From positions 77,368-141,367 of the forward strand of contig JAQUQS010000002.1 of assembly GCA_028715965.1 (NCBI GenBank): DNA of 64,000 nt, written 5' to 3'. Both the position numbers and the translations under genes were made by a program. Below are positions 46,805 to 56,477 of the stretch, one piece after another. The notes beneath the pieces are model-generated. The model saw only the letters and a program-made list of their open reading frames with translations. It was not told the origin of the DNA and ran no database searches. The DNA is from Candidatus Omnitrophota bacterium. Its GTDB lineage: Bacteria > Omnitrophota > Gorgyraeia > Tantalellales > Tantalellaceae. How positions within the stretch are numbered: the stretch's first letter is position 1; the number at the start of each line of letters is the position of its first letter.

Positions 46805-48220
46805 ATGGACAAACTTTTTCCCGACATTAAAGAGGAGCTGCTTCAGGAGGACATCTCAAGCCCATACCGTCCTGACGAGATCTATGCCTTGTTCTCCGGC
46901 GAGATGGATACCGCGATCCTGGACAGTTCCCTCACATCGGACGCCGGGAGGTTCTCCTTTATAGGCCTTCATCCTTTTGCCAAGATCACCGGCCGCAAGG
47001 ATAGGACAGTTCTCTCGACTAAAAGCGAAACGCGCAATATCGGGGAACCACCCCTGGAGGTACTTGACCACCTGATCTCATCGACCCGCGTTATCAACAC
47101 AACGGACTCGCCCCTGGCCGCTGGCTGTATGGGGTTCTTCTCTTACGGCCTCAAGAACTCGATCGAGCTGCTCCCATCTAACGCCATGGACGACACTTCG
47201 ATCCCCGACATCTATTTTGTGTTCTACCGGGTGATACTTACCTTTGACGCGACAAGACCCGGCAGGATACGAATATCCGTTCTTGACATGAAAGATAACG
47301 GCCGCCTCGACCCCGCCGAGCTGCTTGAGGACACCAAGCTCAAGATAATGGCATACCGGGGAGGGCGCATATCCCTCAGGGGCTTTTCCCGCGGGAAAAT
47401 AGCTTCCAATTTCGCCAAACAGGACTACATCGCATCCATCAACAAGGCCCTTGAACATATACGCGCGGGCGACATCTACCAGGTCTGCCTGGCCCAAAGG
47501 TTCTCCTCATCTTTCAGTGGCGAGCCATACGATCTGTTCCTGCGGCTTAACCGCGATAATCCCTCACCATTCGCGGCTTATCTTAACTTCGACAGGATAA
47601 AAGTGGTCTCGTCCTCCCCCGAACTTTTCCTCAGGGTCCGTGGACGTTCGATAGAAACACGGCCGATGAAGGGAACAAGACCCATAGGCGGCACAGAGGA
47701 AGAGACCCGCCGAATGATACGCGAACTCACAGAGAACGAAAAAGAAAAAGCCGAACTTTCCATGATAGTGGACCTTGAACGCAACGACCTGGGAAAAGTA
47801 TCTGAGCACGGCAGTGTGATCCTGAAGGAACACCGGCGGATAGAGACCTATCCGACCGTCATACAGAGCATCTCGATCGTACAGGGCACATTGAGAACAG
47901 GAACTTCTACCTCCGACATCATCAAGGCATGTTTTCCCGGAGGATCGATCTCTGGCTGCCCCAAGATCCGGGCCCTCCAGATGATCGACGAGCTCGAACC
48001 GCATGCAAGAGGCGTTTATACCGGGGCTATCGGGTATCTGAGCTTCCATGACACCCTGGACCTCAATATCGCCATCCGCACGATAACGATAAGGAATGGA
48101 TACGCTTATTTCCACGCGGGTGGAGGGATCGTGGTCGATTCCGATCCTGAAAAGGAGTTCGAGGAGACCCTTATCAAGGCAAAAGCCCTTATCAACGCCG
48201 TTCGTCCAGTGAACGATTGA
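46805..48220 (+). CDS. Chorismate-utilising enzyme, component I type. Aminodeoxychorismate or anthranilate synthase is the default call, but given the quinone context it could be an isochorismate synthase.
   Basis: C-terminal chorismate-binding domain motifs (PELFLRV, PMKGTRP, FPGGSISGCPK, GVYTGAIGY). Confidence 0.75.
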   Translation: MDKLFPDIKEELLQEDISSPYRPDEIYALFSGEMDTAILDSSLTSDAGRFSFIGLHPFAKITGRKDRTVLSTKSETRNIGEPPLEVLDHLISSTRVINTTDSPLAAGCMGFFSYGLKNSIELLPSNAMDDTSIPDIYFVFYRVILTFDATRPGRIRISVLDMKDNGRLDPAELLEDTKLKIMAYRGGRISLRGFSRGKIASNFAKQDYIASINKALEHIRAGDIYQVCLAQRFSSSFSGEPYDLFLRLNRDNPSPFAAYLNFDRIKVVSSSPELFLRVRGRSIETRPMKGTRPIGGTEEETRRMIRELTENEKEKAELSMIVDLERNDLGKVSEHGSVILKEHRRIETYPTVIQSISIVQGTLRTGTSTSDIIKACFPGGSISGCPKIRALQMIDELEPHARGVYTGAIGYLSFHDTLDLNIAIRTITIRNGYAYFHAGGGIVVDSDPEKEFEETLIKAKALINAVRPVND

Positions 48221-49499
48221 ACATCCTGGCTTTCTCTTTTATCCTCGAGACCTTGTCCCACTCCTCCGGCGCGAAGGAAGGGAACACGCTGTTATTCTGG
48301 AGAAGCGGCTCATTTATACGTTCACCTGAAATACCCGCGAGCCTGGTCCCCGGCACCGGAGAGAACTCGCTCAACGATATCCTGGCTCCGAGAGAGTTTA
48401 TGTACGCGATGCTTCCCTCTACGTCAGAGAAAGTGCTTCCTGGCACCCCGAGCATGAGATATACCGTGATGTCCCCACGCCGGTACCCCGCGTCATAGAG
48501 ATACCGCACGGCCCCCTCCAGCTCGTCTTTCGTCACCTTCTCATGCCATCCCGCCCCTTTAATGTCATCCGCCGTTTCCAGGCTGAGTATTGGACGGACA
48601 AAGCCCGCCCCGCGCATTTTACGCGCTATTTCATCCGTCATAAACCGGGCATGAAGGCCGTTGGGCGTGTAAAAGTCCGCCTTTATCCCCCCTTTTTCAA
48701 GCAGGTCCAGATATTCGCAGAAATGCTGTCCGTCCGAGAGCAGGGCGTCGTCATAAAAAGCGAACTTCCTTATGCCTTTTTCATAAAGACCTTTTATCTC
48801 GGCAAAAGCCCTGCTCGCGGTTTTCCTCATAAGCGGCGGCGATAGCCTCCTCTGGGCGCAATACGCGCAGTCAAAAGGGCACCCCAGCGAAAGCCTGAGC
48901 ACGGCGTACGGCGTGTTCGGATAGTAGCTGTAATCCAGGTCCTCGTCCAGTATGCGCGCGAAGGATATCTCTTCCCCTCCACCCGTTATACTGCCAAGTT
49001 CCCGTATATCCTGACTGGCTATGACATGATCGGCGCCGCTGTGCCTTACAGCATGATCATGACAAAGTGTGGCATACACGCCCCCCAGCACTATTACCGC
49101 TTTATCGTATCTCTCCCTGGCCATGCGAATAACCCTGAATACGCCCGGATACCAGTATGTCATGCCGGAAGAAACAAGAACGATATCCACGTCGGTATCC
49201 GGCAATACCCGCTCGAACACCTCATCAGGCATACCATACCTCTTATAGGCCCTGGGGACATCGCGGAGGACATCCGGTTTTTCGACCTCCTCTGAAAAGA
49301 ATTTACCCGTACCGTCCCCATGTTCCTTGAGGAAAGTGGCCATTTCGGGCGCGTGCCGGTCCATGGCATCAGCCATATACAGCTCATGACCGCCCTTTTT
49401 AAGTATGGATGAGAGCTTCAGGAGTCCCCATGGTTTCATCCATAGGTCATACGCGGCAAAATCATATATCCATGGATTTATGAGGAGTATTCTCTTCAT
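48192..49499 (-). CDS. B12-binding-domain radical SAM protein
   Basis: N-terminal MKRILLINPW with a B12-binding-like Rossmann segment, then LRLSLGCPFDCAYCAQ (CxxxCxxC). The start was taken at the ATG at 49497-49499 rather than the 44-codon extension of the ORF track. It overlaps the upstream LOG-family gene by about 37 nt. Confidence 0.7.
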   Translation of the reverse strand: MKRILLINPWIYDFAAYDLWMKPWGLLKLSSILKKGGHELYMADAMDRHAPEMATFLKEHGDGTGKFFSEEVEKPDVLRDVPRAYKRYGMPDEVFERVLPDTDVDIVLVSSGMTYWYPGVFRVIRMARERYDKAVIVLGGVYATLCHDHAVRHSGADHVIASQDIRELGSITGGGEEISFARILDEDLDYSYYPNTPYAVLRLSLGCPFDCAYCAQRRLSPPLMRKTASRAFAEIKGLYEKGIRKFAFYDDALLSDGQHFCEYLDLLEKGGIKADFYTPNGLHARFMTDEIARKMRGAGFVRPILSLETADDIKGAGWHEKVTKDELEGAVRYLYDAGYRRGDITVYLMLGVPGSTFSDVEGSIAYINSLGARISLSEFSPVPGTRLAGISGERINEPLLQNNSVFPSFAPEEWDKVSRIKEKARMFNRSLDERR

Positions 49500-49968
49500 G
49501 TTCGTGTCTGTCCGGGTGTTCATGACCTGAAAGTATCGCCCGAAGTTCCTCGGGTGACACCAACTCATGCACACCGTCGATCTTCCATCCTCCGAACGTA
49601 TAGACCGGCTTCTTGGCCCCAAGGGCAAAACCTATTTCCGAAAGTGTCCCGCATTTACCCGGCAGGGCGACCACCACATCCGGTCCTCCGGCGACAAGCG
49701 TATTACGTGAATACCCCATGCCGGTAGTGATAGCTATATCCACATACCTGTTGGCGTCATGTTTGTCGTCACCCGGCAACATGCCTATGGTCAGGCCGCC
49801 AACCGATTTCGCGCCTTTACACGCGGCCTCCATCACACCGGAGAGTCCGCCGCACATGAGCACCGCTCCCTCTTCCGCTATGATACGCCCCGTCTTTTCG
49901 GCCATCGCGTATACGGACGCGCCGCACTCGTGCCCTCCTACGACCGACACGACCAGTCTACCTGCCAT
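49462..49968 (-). CDS. LOG/TIGR00725-family Rossmann-fold nucleotide-binding protein
   Basis: GGLSGVMEA and PGKCGTLSEI motifs (the PGGxGTxxE signature of the LOG family). Confidence 0.7.
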   Translation of the reverse strand: MAGRLVVSVVGGHECGASVYAMAEKTGRIIAEEGAVLMCGGLSGVMEAACKGAKSVGGLTIGMLPGDDKHDANRYVDIAITTGMGYSRNTLVAGGPDVVVALPGKCGTLSEIGFALGAKKPVYTFGGWKIDGVHELVSPEELRAILSGHEHPDRHEHEENTPHKSMDI

Positions 49969-49992
49969 AACTAACCTCCCGAGGTAACTTTC

Positions 49993-50385
49993 TTATTCCG
50001 ATATAATGACTTCGACAGAAGGGTGTTCCCTCAATGTATTGTGGATCAGGCATTTGTCCATCGCGGCCATGAGAGCTTTCTTGCGTCCCCCAAGTTCAGT
50101 ACCCGCCAGGCCTACCATCACCTTGATCGAAGATATCTTTTTATGGTCCTCACTCTCGGACCAATCCACATCCATCTTGAGCGCCGCCGGGTCTATGCCG
50201 GCCGTATTAAGATAACTTACGGCATACACGCCTATGCACGTACCCAGTGAAGCGATAAAGAGCTCGGGCGGGGTCATCCCCTCATCCGATCCGCCTTTTT
50301 CCGGAGAAAGGTCCACCGTAAGTTCATGACCCCTGGTCCTTACCTCGAACTTCTTACCTCCCCTGAAACTTATCTCCATCCCCAT
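49993..50385 (-). CDS. OsmC/Ohr-family peroxiredoxin-like protein
   Basis: Two conserved Cys (SLGTCIGVY and AAMDKCLIHNTL) in an OsmC-like arrangement. Confidence 0.8.
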   Translation of the reverse strand: MGMEISFRGGKKFEVRTRGHELTVDLSPEKGGSDEGMTPPELFIASLGTCIGVYAVSYLNTAGIDPAALKMDVDWSESEDHKKISSIKVMVGLAGTELGGRKKALMAAMDKCLIHNTLREHPSVEVIISE

Positions 50386-51034
50386 ATCGCCCCCCTTGCC
50401 GGACTATCTTACATATGTCAGAAAATTCATCCACGATAAAATCCGGGTCGGCATCAATCATCTTCCCCTTATCCCCGATGCCGTAAGTGACCCCGCACGT
50501 CATTATCCCCGCGGCTTTCCCGGCTTTGATATCTACATCCATGTCCCCCACCATAAGACACTTTTCTTTCCGCATGCCGCCGACCAGAGCCTTATTTATG
50601 GGGCACGCGGAGGGTTTAAGGCAGTTCTCGTCATCTCCGCCGATAATATCCGAAAAATACTCTCCAACCCCCAGCGTTCTCAATGTCTTTTCCGCCGAGG
50701 CTCTTGACCTGTTGGTAACTATGACCCTGTGACGACCCAAAAGAGGCAACGTATCCCTGACCCCCGGATATAACGCGGTAGTATCTAGGCAATGCCGACC
50801 GTAATATTCCCGGAAAACGTTTCTCGCCTCCTCCAGCCTTTGTCCATTCCCATCCCCCAGGGCATCCGATAGAAGCTCGACCACGCCGCCGCCTATATAC
50901 GATATCACTTCGTCATATGGCCTTTCCGGAAGCCCCATAGAGGACAACATGTGATTCACCGAAGAAACGATATCCCGGCTTGAATCTACGAGAGTACCGT
51001 CAAGGTCGAAGAACACTACCTCTAGTCCTGCCAT
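50354..51034 (-). CDS. HAD-superfamily hydrolase (phosphoglycolate phosphatase-like)
   Basis: FFDLDGTLVDS motif I plus MVGDMDVDIKAG motif IV. Confidence 0.75.
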   Translation of the reverse strand: MAGLEVVFFDLDGTLVDSSRDIVSSVNHMLSSMGLPERPYDEVISYIGGGVVELLSDALGDGNGQRLEEARNVFREYYGRHCLDTTALYPGVRDTLPLLGRHRVIVTNRSRASAEKTLRTLGVGEYFSDIIGGDDENCLKPSACPINKALVGGMRKEKCLMVGDMDVDIKAGKAAGIMTCGVTYGIGDKGKMIDADPDFIVDEFSDICKIVRQGGRYGDGDKFQGR

Positions 51035-51086
51035 CTTGCACCTATGCCTGTAAGAAGTTATTGTTCTTGCCGCGGAATAGAGCCTG

Positions 51087-52172
51087 TCAGGGATCTTTAC
51101 GGTCCGTTCTTATAGGGTCCGAACCCGGATTCCAGTCAAGCGTCCTTATAGGATAAGGTATCACGATACCTTCCTCTTTATATCGCTTATGAAGCCTTTT
51201 TATGAATTCATGTTTGATCAGGTAATTATCCACGAACTCCCTGGCCCTCAGTATGACCGAGAAATCTATCCTGAAATCGTTAAAGGTATGGTAACGTATG
51301 AAAGGCTCGAATTCGGGCACACCGCCCTGGACGGTCCTAAGTACGTCCCTGCCGACCTCTATGGTCACCTTCTCCACCTGTTCCAGGTCGGAATCATAAT
51401 GCACCCCTACCTGCACAAGCACGGCAAGTTCCGTCTCCGGGTAATAATAGTTGAGCACCCTAGAGTTCACCAGCACCTTGTTCGGTATGACCACGGTATT
51501 ATTCGGGAGCATCCTTATCCATGTCGACCGCCACCCTATTTTAGTGACATACCCTTCTTCCCCCGTATCCAGCTTTATGAATTGTCCTAGAGATATGGGC
51601 TTGTCCATCACTATCTGAACACCCGAAAAGAAATTCTCAAGGGTAGGTTGCAGCGCGAGAGCTATCGCCAGGGATCCTATGCCCAGTGAAGCGAGAAGCG
51701 GCGTTATGGATATCCCGAAGCTGTCCAGTAATATAAGTACGCCTATACCGATAACAAGAAAACGGACCAGACCGGAGAACACCCCTTTTGAGGTCTTCAG
51801 GACCGGTATTTTTTCCGAATATATCGCTATGAGGCCCTTGAACATACGGTCCAGGAAAAGTATGATGGCCACTACGGCGGTAGCCTTGAACGTTATGTCC
51901 ACGAACTTGATTATGTCCCCGCCTTCGCCCCCAAAGTCGAATACGTTCTCGACGAACGCTATGCCGGAAACGAATATAAGGAGAATGAGCGGCGTATCAA
52001 GAGATTCCAGCAATACGTCATCCAGTTTGGTCTTGGTCTTACGCGCGACGCTCACCACTTTTATATAGAATACCTTCTTGACCAGGAGGAATACGGTTAT
52101 CCACAGGAAATAGATCACGGGCACATAAATGGATCCCGGTATCTCCAACCCCATAAGGACGATATTCTTCAC
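51087..52172 (-). CDS. Small-conductance mechanosensitive channel (MscS family)
   Basis: N-terminal TM helices followed by an MscS beta and alpha-beta domain. Confidence 0.8.
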   Translation of the reverse strand: MKNIVLMGLEIPGSIYVPVIYFLWITVFLLVKKVFYIKVVSVARKTKTKLDDVLLESLDTPLILLIFVSGIAFVENVFDFGGEGGDIIKFVDITFKATAVVAIILFLDRMFKGLIAIYSEKIPVLKTSKGVFSGLVRFLVIGIGVLILLDSFGISITPLLASLGIGSLAIALALQPTLENFFSGVQIVMDKPISLGQFIKLDTGEEGYVTKIGWRSTWIRMLPNNTVVIPNKVLVNSRVLNYYYPETELAVLVQVGVHYDSDLEQVEKVTIEVGRDVLRTVQGGVPEFEPFIRYHTFNDFRIDFSVILRAREFVDNYLIKHEFIKRLHKRYKEEGIVIPYPIRTLDWNPGSDPIRTDRKDP

Positions 52173-52221
52173 TTCCTACCTCCGTGACCGGTTCTTGGGC
52201 CCCATTTACCGGGACGCATTG

Positions 52222-52250
52222 AAAAGGGGGGGCGGTCTTTCCGCCCCCCC
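52222..52250 (-). terminator. Rho-independent terminator of fba
   Basis: Minus strand GGGGGGGCGG-AAAGA-CCGCCCCCCC (perfect 10-bp stem) is followed by TTTT. It lies 18 nt after the fba stop. Confidence 0.85.
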
Positions 52251-52267
52251 GCTTATCCATAACGGGC

Positions 52268-53275
52268 TTAAGCCTTGCCGGCGCTGCCTAGAACATGCTC
52301 GTTCTTATGTTTGTACATAGCTATCAGGGCGTCCCTTGCCGGACCGAGATACTTGCGTGGATCGAATTCCGCCGGCTTTTCGTTGAATAGCTTACGCACA
52401 GCCGCGGTCATCCACAGGCGACCGTCGGAATCTATGTTGACCTTGCATACCGACGACTTCGCGGCTTTACGGATCTGTTCCTCGGGTATGCCGACGGAAT
52501 CCTTAAGCGCGCCGCCGTTCTGGTTTATTATTCTTACCGCCTCTACCGGCACCGAAGACGACCCATGCAGGACTATGGCGAACCCGGGTATCCTTTTTTC
52601 CACTTCCTCGAGGATATCAAACCTGAGTTCCGGCGGGATGTACACTCCATCGGCGTTCTTGGTGCATTGTTCCGGCTTGAACTTGTTGGCGCCATGCGAT
52701 GTCCCTATCGATATCGCCAGCGAATCCACCCCGGTGCGTTTAACGAAATCCTCGACCTCTTCAGGCTGGGTATAGGTCGACTTCTCGGCCGAGACCTCGT
52801 CCTCTATGCCCGCCAGTACCCCAAGCTCACCTTCCACGGTAACGTCATATTTATGCGCGTACTCGACCACCTGCTTGGTGAGTTCGATATTTTTCTCGTA
52901 TGGGTGATGTGATCCATCTATCATGACCGAGGAAAAACCGCTTTCTATACATGACACACAAAGCTCGAACGTATCGCCATGGTCAAGATGCAGGGCTATG
53001 GGAATATCCTTAAGCCCCTTCGCCTTGGCGTGTTCCTTCATCATCTCCACGGCACCCTGCCCCATATACCTCAAAAGCGTCTGGTTGGCGTATTTACGCG
53101 CGCCGCTCGACACCTGCAGTATCACCGGTGACTGTGTTTCCACACAGGCCACGATTATAGCCTGGATCTGTTCCATATTATTAAAATTATACGCCGGTAC
53201 GGCATATTTGCCTTTCATGGCCTTGGCGAACATATCTTTGGTATTTACCAGCCCTAGATCTTTGTAACTTGCCAT
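52268..53275 (-). CDS. fba: Fructose-bisphosphate aldolase, class II
   Basis: Class II aldolase motifs (PVILQVSSGARKY, HLDHG, GSSSVP). Confidence 0.9.
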   Translation of the reverse strand: MASYKDLGLVNTKDMFAKAMKGKYAVPAYNFNNMEQIQAIIVACVETQSPVILQVSSGARKYANQTLLRYMGQGAVEMMKEHAKAKGLKDIPIALHLDHGDTFELCVSCIESGFSSVMIDGSHHPYEKNIELTKQVVEYAHKYDVTVEGELGVLAGIEDEVSAEKSTYTQPEEVEDFVKRTGVDSLAISIGTSHGANKFKPEQCTKNADGVYIPPELRFDILEEVEKRIPGFAIVLHGSSSVPVEAVRIINQNGGALKDSVGIPEEQIRKAAKSSVCKVNIDSDGRLWMTAAVRKLFNEKPAEFDPRKYLGPARDALIAMYKHKNEHVLGSAGKA

Positions 53276-53463
53276 TTTACTCCCTTTCTTTATGTTTGTT
53301 GGTAATATCCGGGGAAACCACCGGGATCTTTTTAAGTGACTATTGTATCAATTTCGGCACACAATACAAGGGAAAAATCGGATAACTCCTCCTCCTGGCC
53401 GGACATCACCCGATCCTGGATATTTCCGTAACTATCGCCACAGTAAAGTGTTAACGCTCACGC

Positions 53464-53994
53464 TCACCTGTTCCATATAGTAGCCCTGAACGCGCCAGCC
53501 AGCTTCCTTATGGCCTGCCCGCGATCCTTTTCCGCGGCAGCTATCAGTTCCTTCGCGGCCCGGTATTCCGGGATATCGTTCAGCATCTTCTCCACATAAG
53601 CGTCTATATCCCGGTCACTCATGTATGAGTCCCTTATTTCCTTGAGCTCTCCCGGGTCCAGGAAGAACCCGCCGCAACTATAGCATTCATCCACGTTGAC
53701 TTCCTGGGACCTTTTGTACTTATGTATGTGCATGGGCATCTGGCACTTCGGACACGGGATCTGTCCCCTGTTCTCGTCATTGGTACGCGGCATCTTAAGG
53801 GCTTCTTCCAGGGCCCCGCCAAGCCCTTCGGAATGTTCATCAAGCATCTTTAGCTCCATATTATCGAACCAGATACCCTTACAGTTCTCGCACACATCGA
53901 CCTTTACCCCGAAATTCTTTTCTACCATCTTCCCAGAGCATACCGGGCAATTCATGACGTCTCCTTTCATTATGACATTAGAACGAACCCACAA
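53464..53994 (-). CDS. Tandem zinc-ribbon (TFIIB-type) domain protein
   Basis: Two CPxC...CxxCxGxWFD modules (NCPVCSGKM...CENCKGIWFD and PCPKCQMPM...CYSCGGFFLD) plus a helical C-terminus. Confidence 0.6.
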   Translation of the reverse strand: MWVRSNVIMKGDVMNCPVCSGKMVEKNFGVKVDVCENCKGIWFDNMELKMLDEHSEGLGGALEEALKMPRTNDENRGQIPCPKCQMPMHIHKYKRSQEVNVDECYSCGGFFLDPGELKEIRDSYMSDRDIDAYVEKMLNDIPEYRAAKELIAAAEKDRGQAIRKLAGAFRATIWNR

Positions 53995-54886
53995 GCGACG
54001 ACGTTATGCGTATATCGTTCTTTTCCGTCGACGGCGGCGGGGACGCGTTGTACTCATCCACGACACTTAATCTTACCGAAACGCCCTTATACAAAGGCGC
54101 TGTCAGGCTCCCTTTATATTGCAGCCTGTAAGAATCCATATCCTCGAGTTCCTGGTACAGGACAAGGTCATTGGTGAAGGTCAGTTTGTCCAGGATCTTG
54201 TTCTCCAGGAATATCCTGGGCCTTATTATGGCCGCGTCATCATCTTTTTTCGCCGTGTTATACTCCGTGTGTTGCCAGCCGATACCGATCTCAGCGAAAA
54301 GTCCCAGGGTTTCCAGGTCGTAGAACCAGTATCCGACACCCGTGGACGGGGTGTACCTTATGTCGATCTCGGCGAACTTATCATGGTCCGAGTCGAACCG
54401 GTAGAACTGGTACCATTTCCTGGTCCGGCCGAAGCTGTAAGCGTAACGCCCCATCGCGCTCCACTTCTGAGCATCCGGTTTCCCATCGACCGCGGAATAA
54501 TAGATATCCCCCGCGGCGGTCATCTCATCCTCGTGTTCTATCTTACGGTTCACAAGCACGCTCCCGCTGAACTCATCCGTATCAGTATTCCCCCTTGCGG
54601 CGTTGTACCCCGCGCTGATCTCCCTTTTCCACCGGGCCGCGGGCTTGCCGGCGGGAGCTTCCTCCTCCGCTGGCCGAGCCCCGGACCTTTTCATGCTCTT
54701 TATCGCCGAGCTATCTATCTCCACTTCCCCCATATATCCGGTCCTCACCGTAACGCCGCTATCACTTTCCTCCAATATCTCCCCGGTGATCCTGTCCCCG
54801 TTATTCAGGACGAGCTCATCCCCGCGAACGGTGCCGGATATGGCCAGCGTGAACAAGATAGTTGTCATAAAAAACACAGTTTTCAC
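53978..54886 (-). CDS. DUF481-family outer-membrane beta-barrel protein (YdiY-like)
   Basis: Signal peptide, alternating amphipathic beta-strands, C-terminal aromatic residue (SLVGSF). Confidence 0.65.
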   Translation of the reverse strand: MKTVFFMTTILFTLAISGTVRGDELVLNNGDRITGEILEESDSGVTVRTGYMGEVEIDSSAIKSMKRSGARPAEEEAPAGKPAARWKREISAGYNAARGNTDTDEFSGSVLVNRKIEHEDEMTAAGDIYYSAVDGKPDAQKWSAMGRYAYSFGRTRKWYQFYRFDSDHDKFAEIDIRYTPSTGVGYWFYDLETLGLFAEIGIGWQHTEYNTAKKDDDAAIIRPRIFLENKILDKLTFTNDLVLYQELEDMDSYRLQYKGSLTAPLYKGVSVRLSVVDEYNASPPPSTEKNDIRITSSLVGSF

Positions 54887-54917
54887 TATTACCTTCCGTT
54901 TAATTTCGCCCCGCCGT

Positions 54918-55685
54918 TCACCCTTCTATCACCGGGGACGCGTCCGGATCAAAAGGATTAGTCCTTACCGCCAGCGAGAACAGGTAGGGATAATTTTTCT
55001 TGAGATGCCGCATATAATCCAGCCATTGATGCACAAGCAGCGCATAAGCCCGCTTTATATCACCGGCGATATGCTCCATATCCGCTTTGGGCAACGCCTC
55101 GAACGACGGCCGGGCCATCGATTCCCCCATAAGGTGGAAAACACCCCACAACAGTCCGGTGAATTTGTCATGTTCCAGCAAGTTAGGGTTAGCCAGGAGC
55201 TCGAGAAGCAGGAACTGTTTTACTTTAAGGATGTCCCTGGCTCTTTCAAAACCCGCGACGTCGGGCTCGATGCTGTACCCGTAGTTCCTCAGGAACAGCT
55301 CGATCCTCTCCCATTTGTCATCAGGCCAATCCGTGTCGATCTGGAGCTTGGCCCTGAGTTTATGTACATCCGGGTCCATAGCGGCGAATGTCCTGATAAG
55401 ATCGGTACCGATCTCGCTAAAAAAAACACCGATAAGCATGTTGAGCTTTTCCAGGAAGATACGTTTCTCCCTGGAACTCAGGAACCGGTGTACTATCAGG
55501 GTCACTATGAGCACTTCAACGGGAACGAACGCGATATCCCCCAACAGGTAGATATAGATATGGTGCGCGTCATGGAAAATTAGGTAATGCAGGCCATATA
55601 GCAGTGCCGATAACAGGACAAGGGCTATCCCCAGCACCGTTTTCCACCCGAATAATCTTTTGAGTCGTGTTCCAGGCCATTTCAC
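54918..55685 (-). CDS. Hypothetical membrane protein (two N-terminal TM helices plus a cytoplasmic domain)
   Basis: ORF with plausible codon usage. No recognisable motif. Confidence 0.5.
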   Translation of the reverse strand: MKWPGTRLKRLFGWKTVLGIALVLLSALLYGLHYLIFHDAHHIYIYLLGDIAFVPVEVLIVTLIVHRFLSSREKRIFLEKLNMLIGVFFSEIGTDLIRTFAAMDPDVHKLRAKLQIDTDWPDDKWERIELFLRNYGYSIEPDVAGFERARDILKVKQFLLLELLANPNLLEHDKFTGLLWGVFHLMGESMARPSFEALPKADMEHIAGDIKRAYALLVHQWLDYMRHLKKNYPYLFSLAVRTNPFDPDASPVIEG

Positions 55686-55692
55686 GCCCGCA

Positions 55693-56019
55693 TCACCCCT
55701 TTATCATTATGAGCAACATCTTGAACCTGTCCATGGCCTTAAGCGCATGGGGTTCCCCCGCGGGTATGATTATGGCCTCCCCGGAACTGACCTGATGTTC
55801 CCCTCCAGATATGGTGACGGCCGCTTTTCCCTCGAGCACATATACAATGGCATTGAAAGGCGCGGTATGTTCGCTGAGCCCCTCGCCCTTATCGAACGCG
55901 AACATGGTCACGTTCCCCGCCGGCTCCTTGGCGATCACCCTGCTTACTATCGATGATTCCCCAAAACTGACCATGTCCGAAAGTGAAAATACTCTTGCCG
56001 GTTCCATATCCCTCCACAT
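55693..56019 (-). CDS. Cupin-domain protein
   Basis: 108 aa with a double-stranded beta-helix pattern and His/Glu ligands (GLSEHTAPFNAIVYVLEG...GEPHAL). Confidence 0.7.
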   Translation of the reverse strand: MWRDMEPARVFSLSDMVSFGESSIVSRVIAKEPAGNVTMFAFDKGEGLSEHTAPFNAIVYVLEGKAAVTISGGEHQVSSGEAIIIPAGEPHALKAMDRFKMLLIMIKG

Positions 56020-56050
56020 GTTATCGCGCCATGATCTCCTGGCGCGCGCC

Positions 56051-56455
56051 TTATTTCTTCTTCAATAGGGACGTTATACTTATCGCCTTGAACTCACCGG
56101 TCAGGTAAGATTCGATCGCGTCCAGTTTGTCCTTGAAGACACATTCCGCTATATGCGGACAGACCTTTCCCTTGAACATATGGTCGTTCAGGTGCATGGT
56201 ACCCTGGAACGTTTCAAGGATATCAAATATGTTGATATCATCCGGGCTCAAGACCAGGGAAAACCCCCCACCCTTGCCCTTGCATGACTTGAGGACACCT
56301 TTTTTATTGAGGCGTTGGAATATCTTCCTGAGGAACGGCCTGGGTATTTCAAGTTCCTCCGCCAGCTCCTTAACGGAAACTATCTTTTTCCCCGAGCCGG
56401 CGATACACACCAGCGCCCTTACCGCGTAATCCGTGTCCCTGGTCATGAATTTCAC
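56051..56455 (-). CDS. Rrf2-family transcriptional regulator
   Basis: N-terminal wHTH (TRDTDYAVRALVCIA...VSVKELAEEL) and a conserved C-terminal Cys. Confidence 0.8.
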   Translation of the reverse strand: MKFMTRDTDYAVRALVCIAGSGKKIVSVKELAEELEIPRPFLRKIFQRLNKKGVLKSCKGKGGGFSLVLSPDDINIFDILETFQGTMHLNDHMFKGKVCPHIAECVFKDKLDAIESYLTGEFKAISITSLLKKK

Positions 56456-56477
56456 TTTATCCTCCTCGATTTGCGAA

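Noticed and set aside
53300-53340. CCGGGGAAACCACCGGG followed by TCTTTTT, resembling a plus-strand terminator
   Set aside because: No plus-strand gene ends nearby; both flanking genes are on the minus strand. In the minus-strand orientation the U tract precedes the stem.
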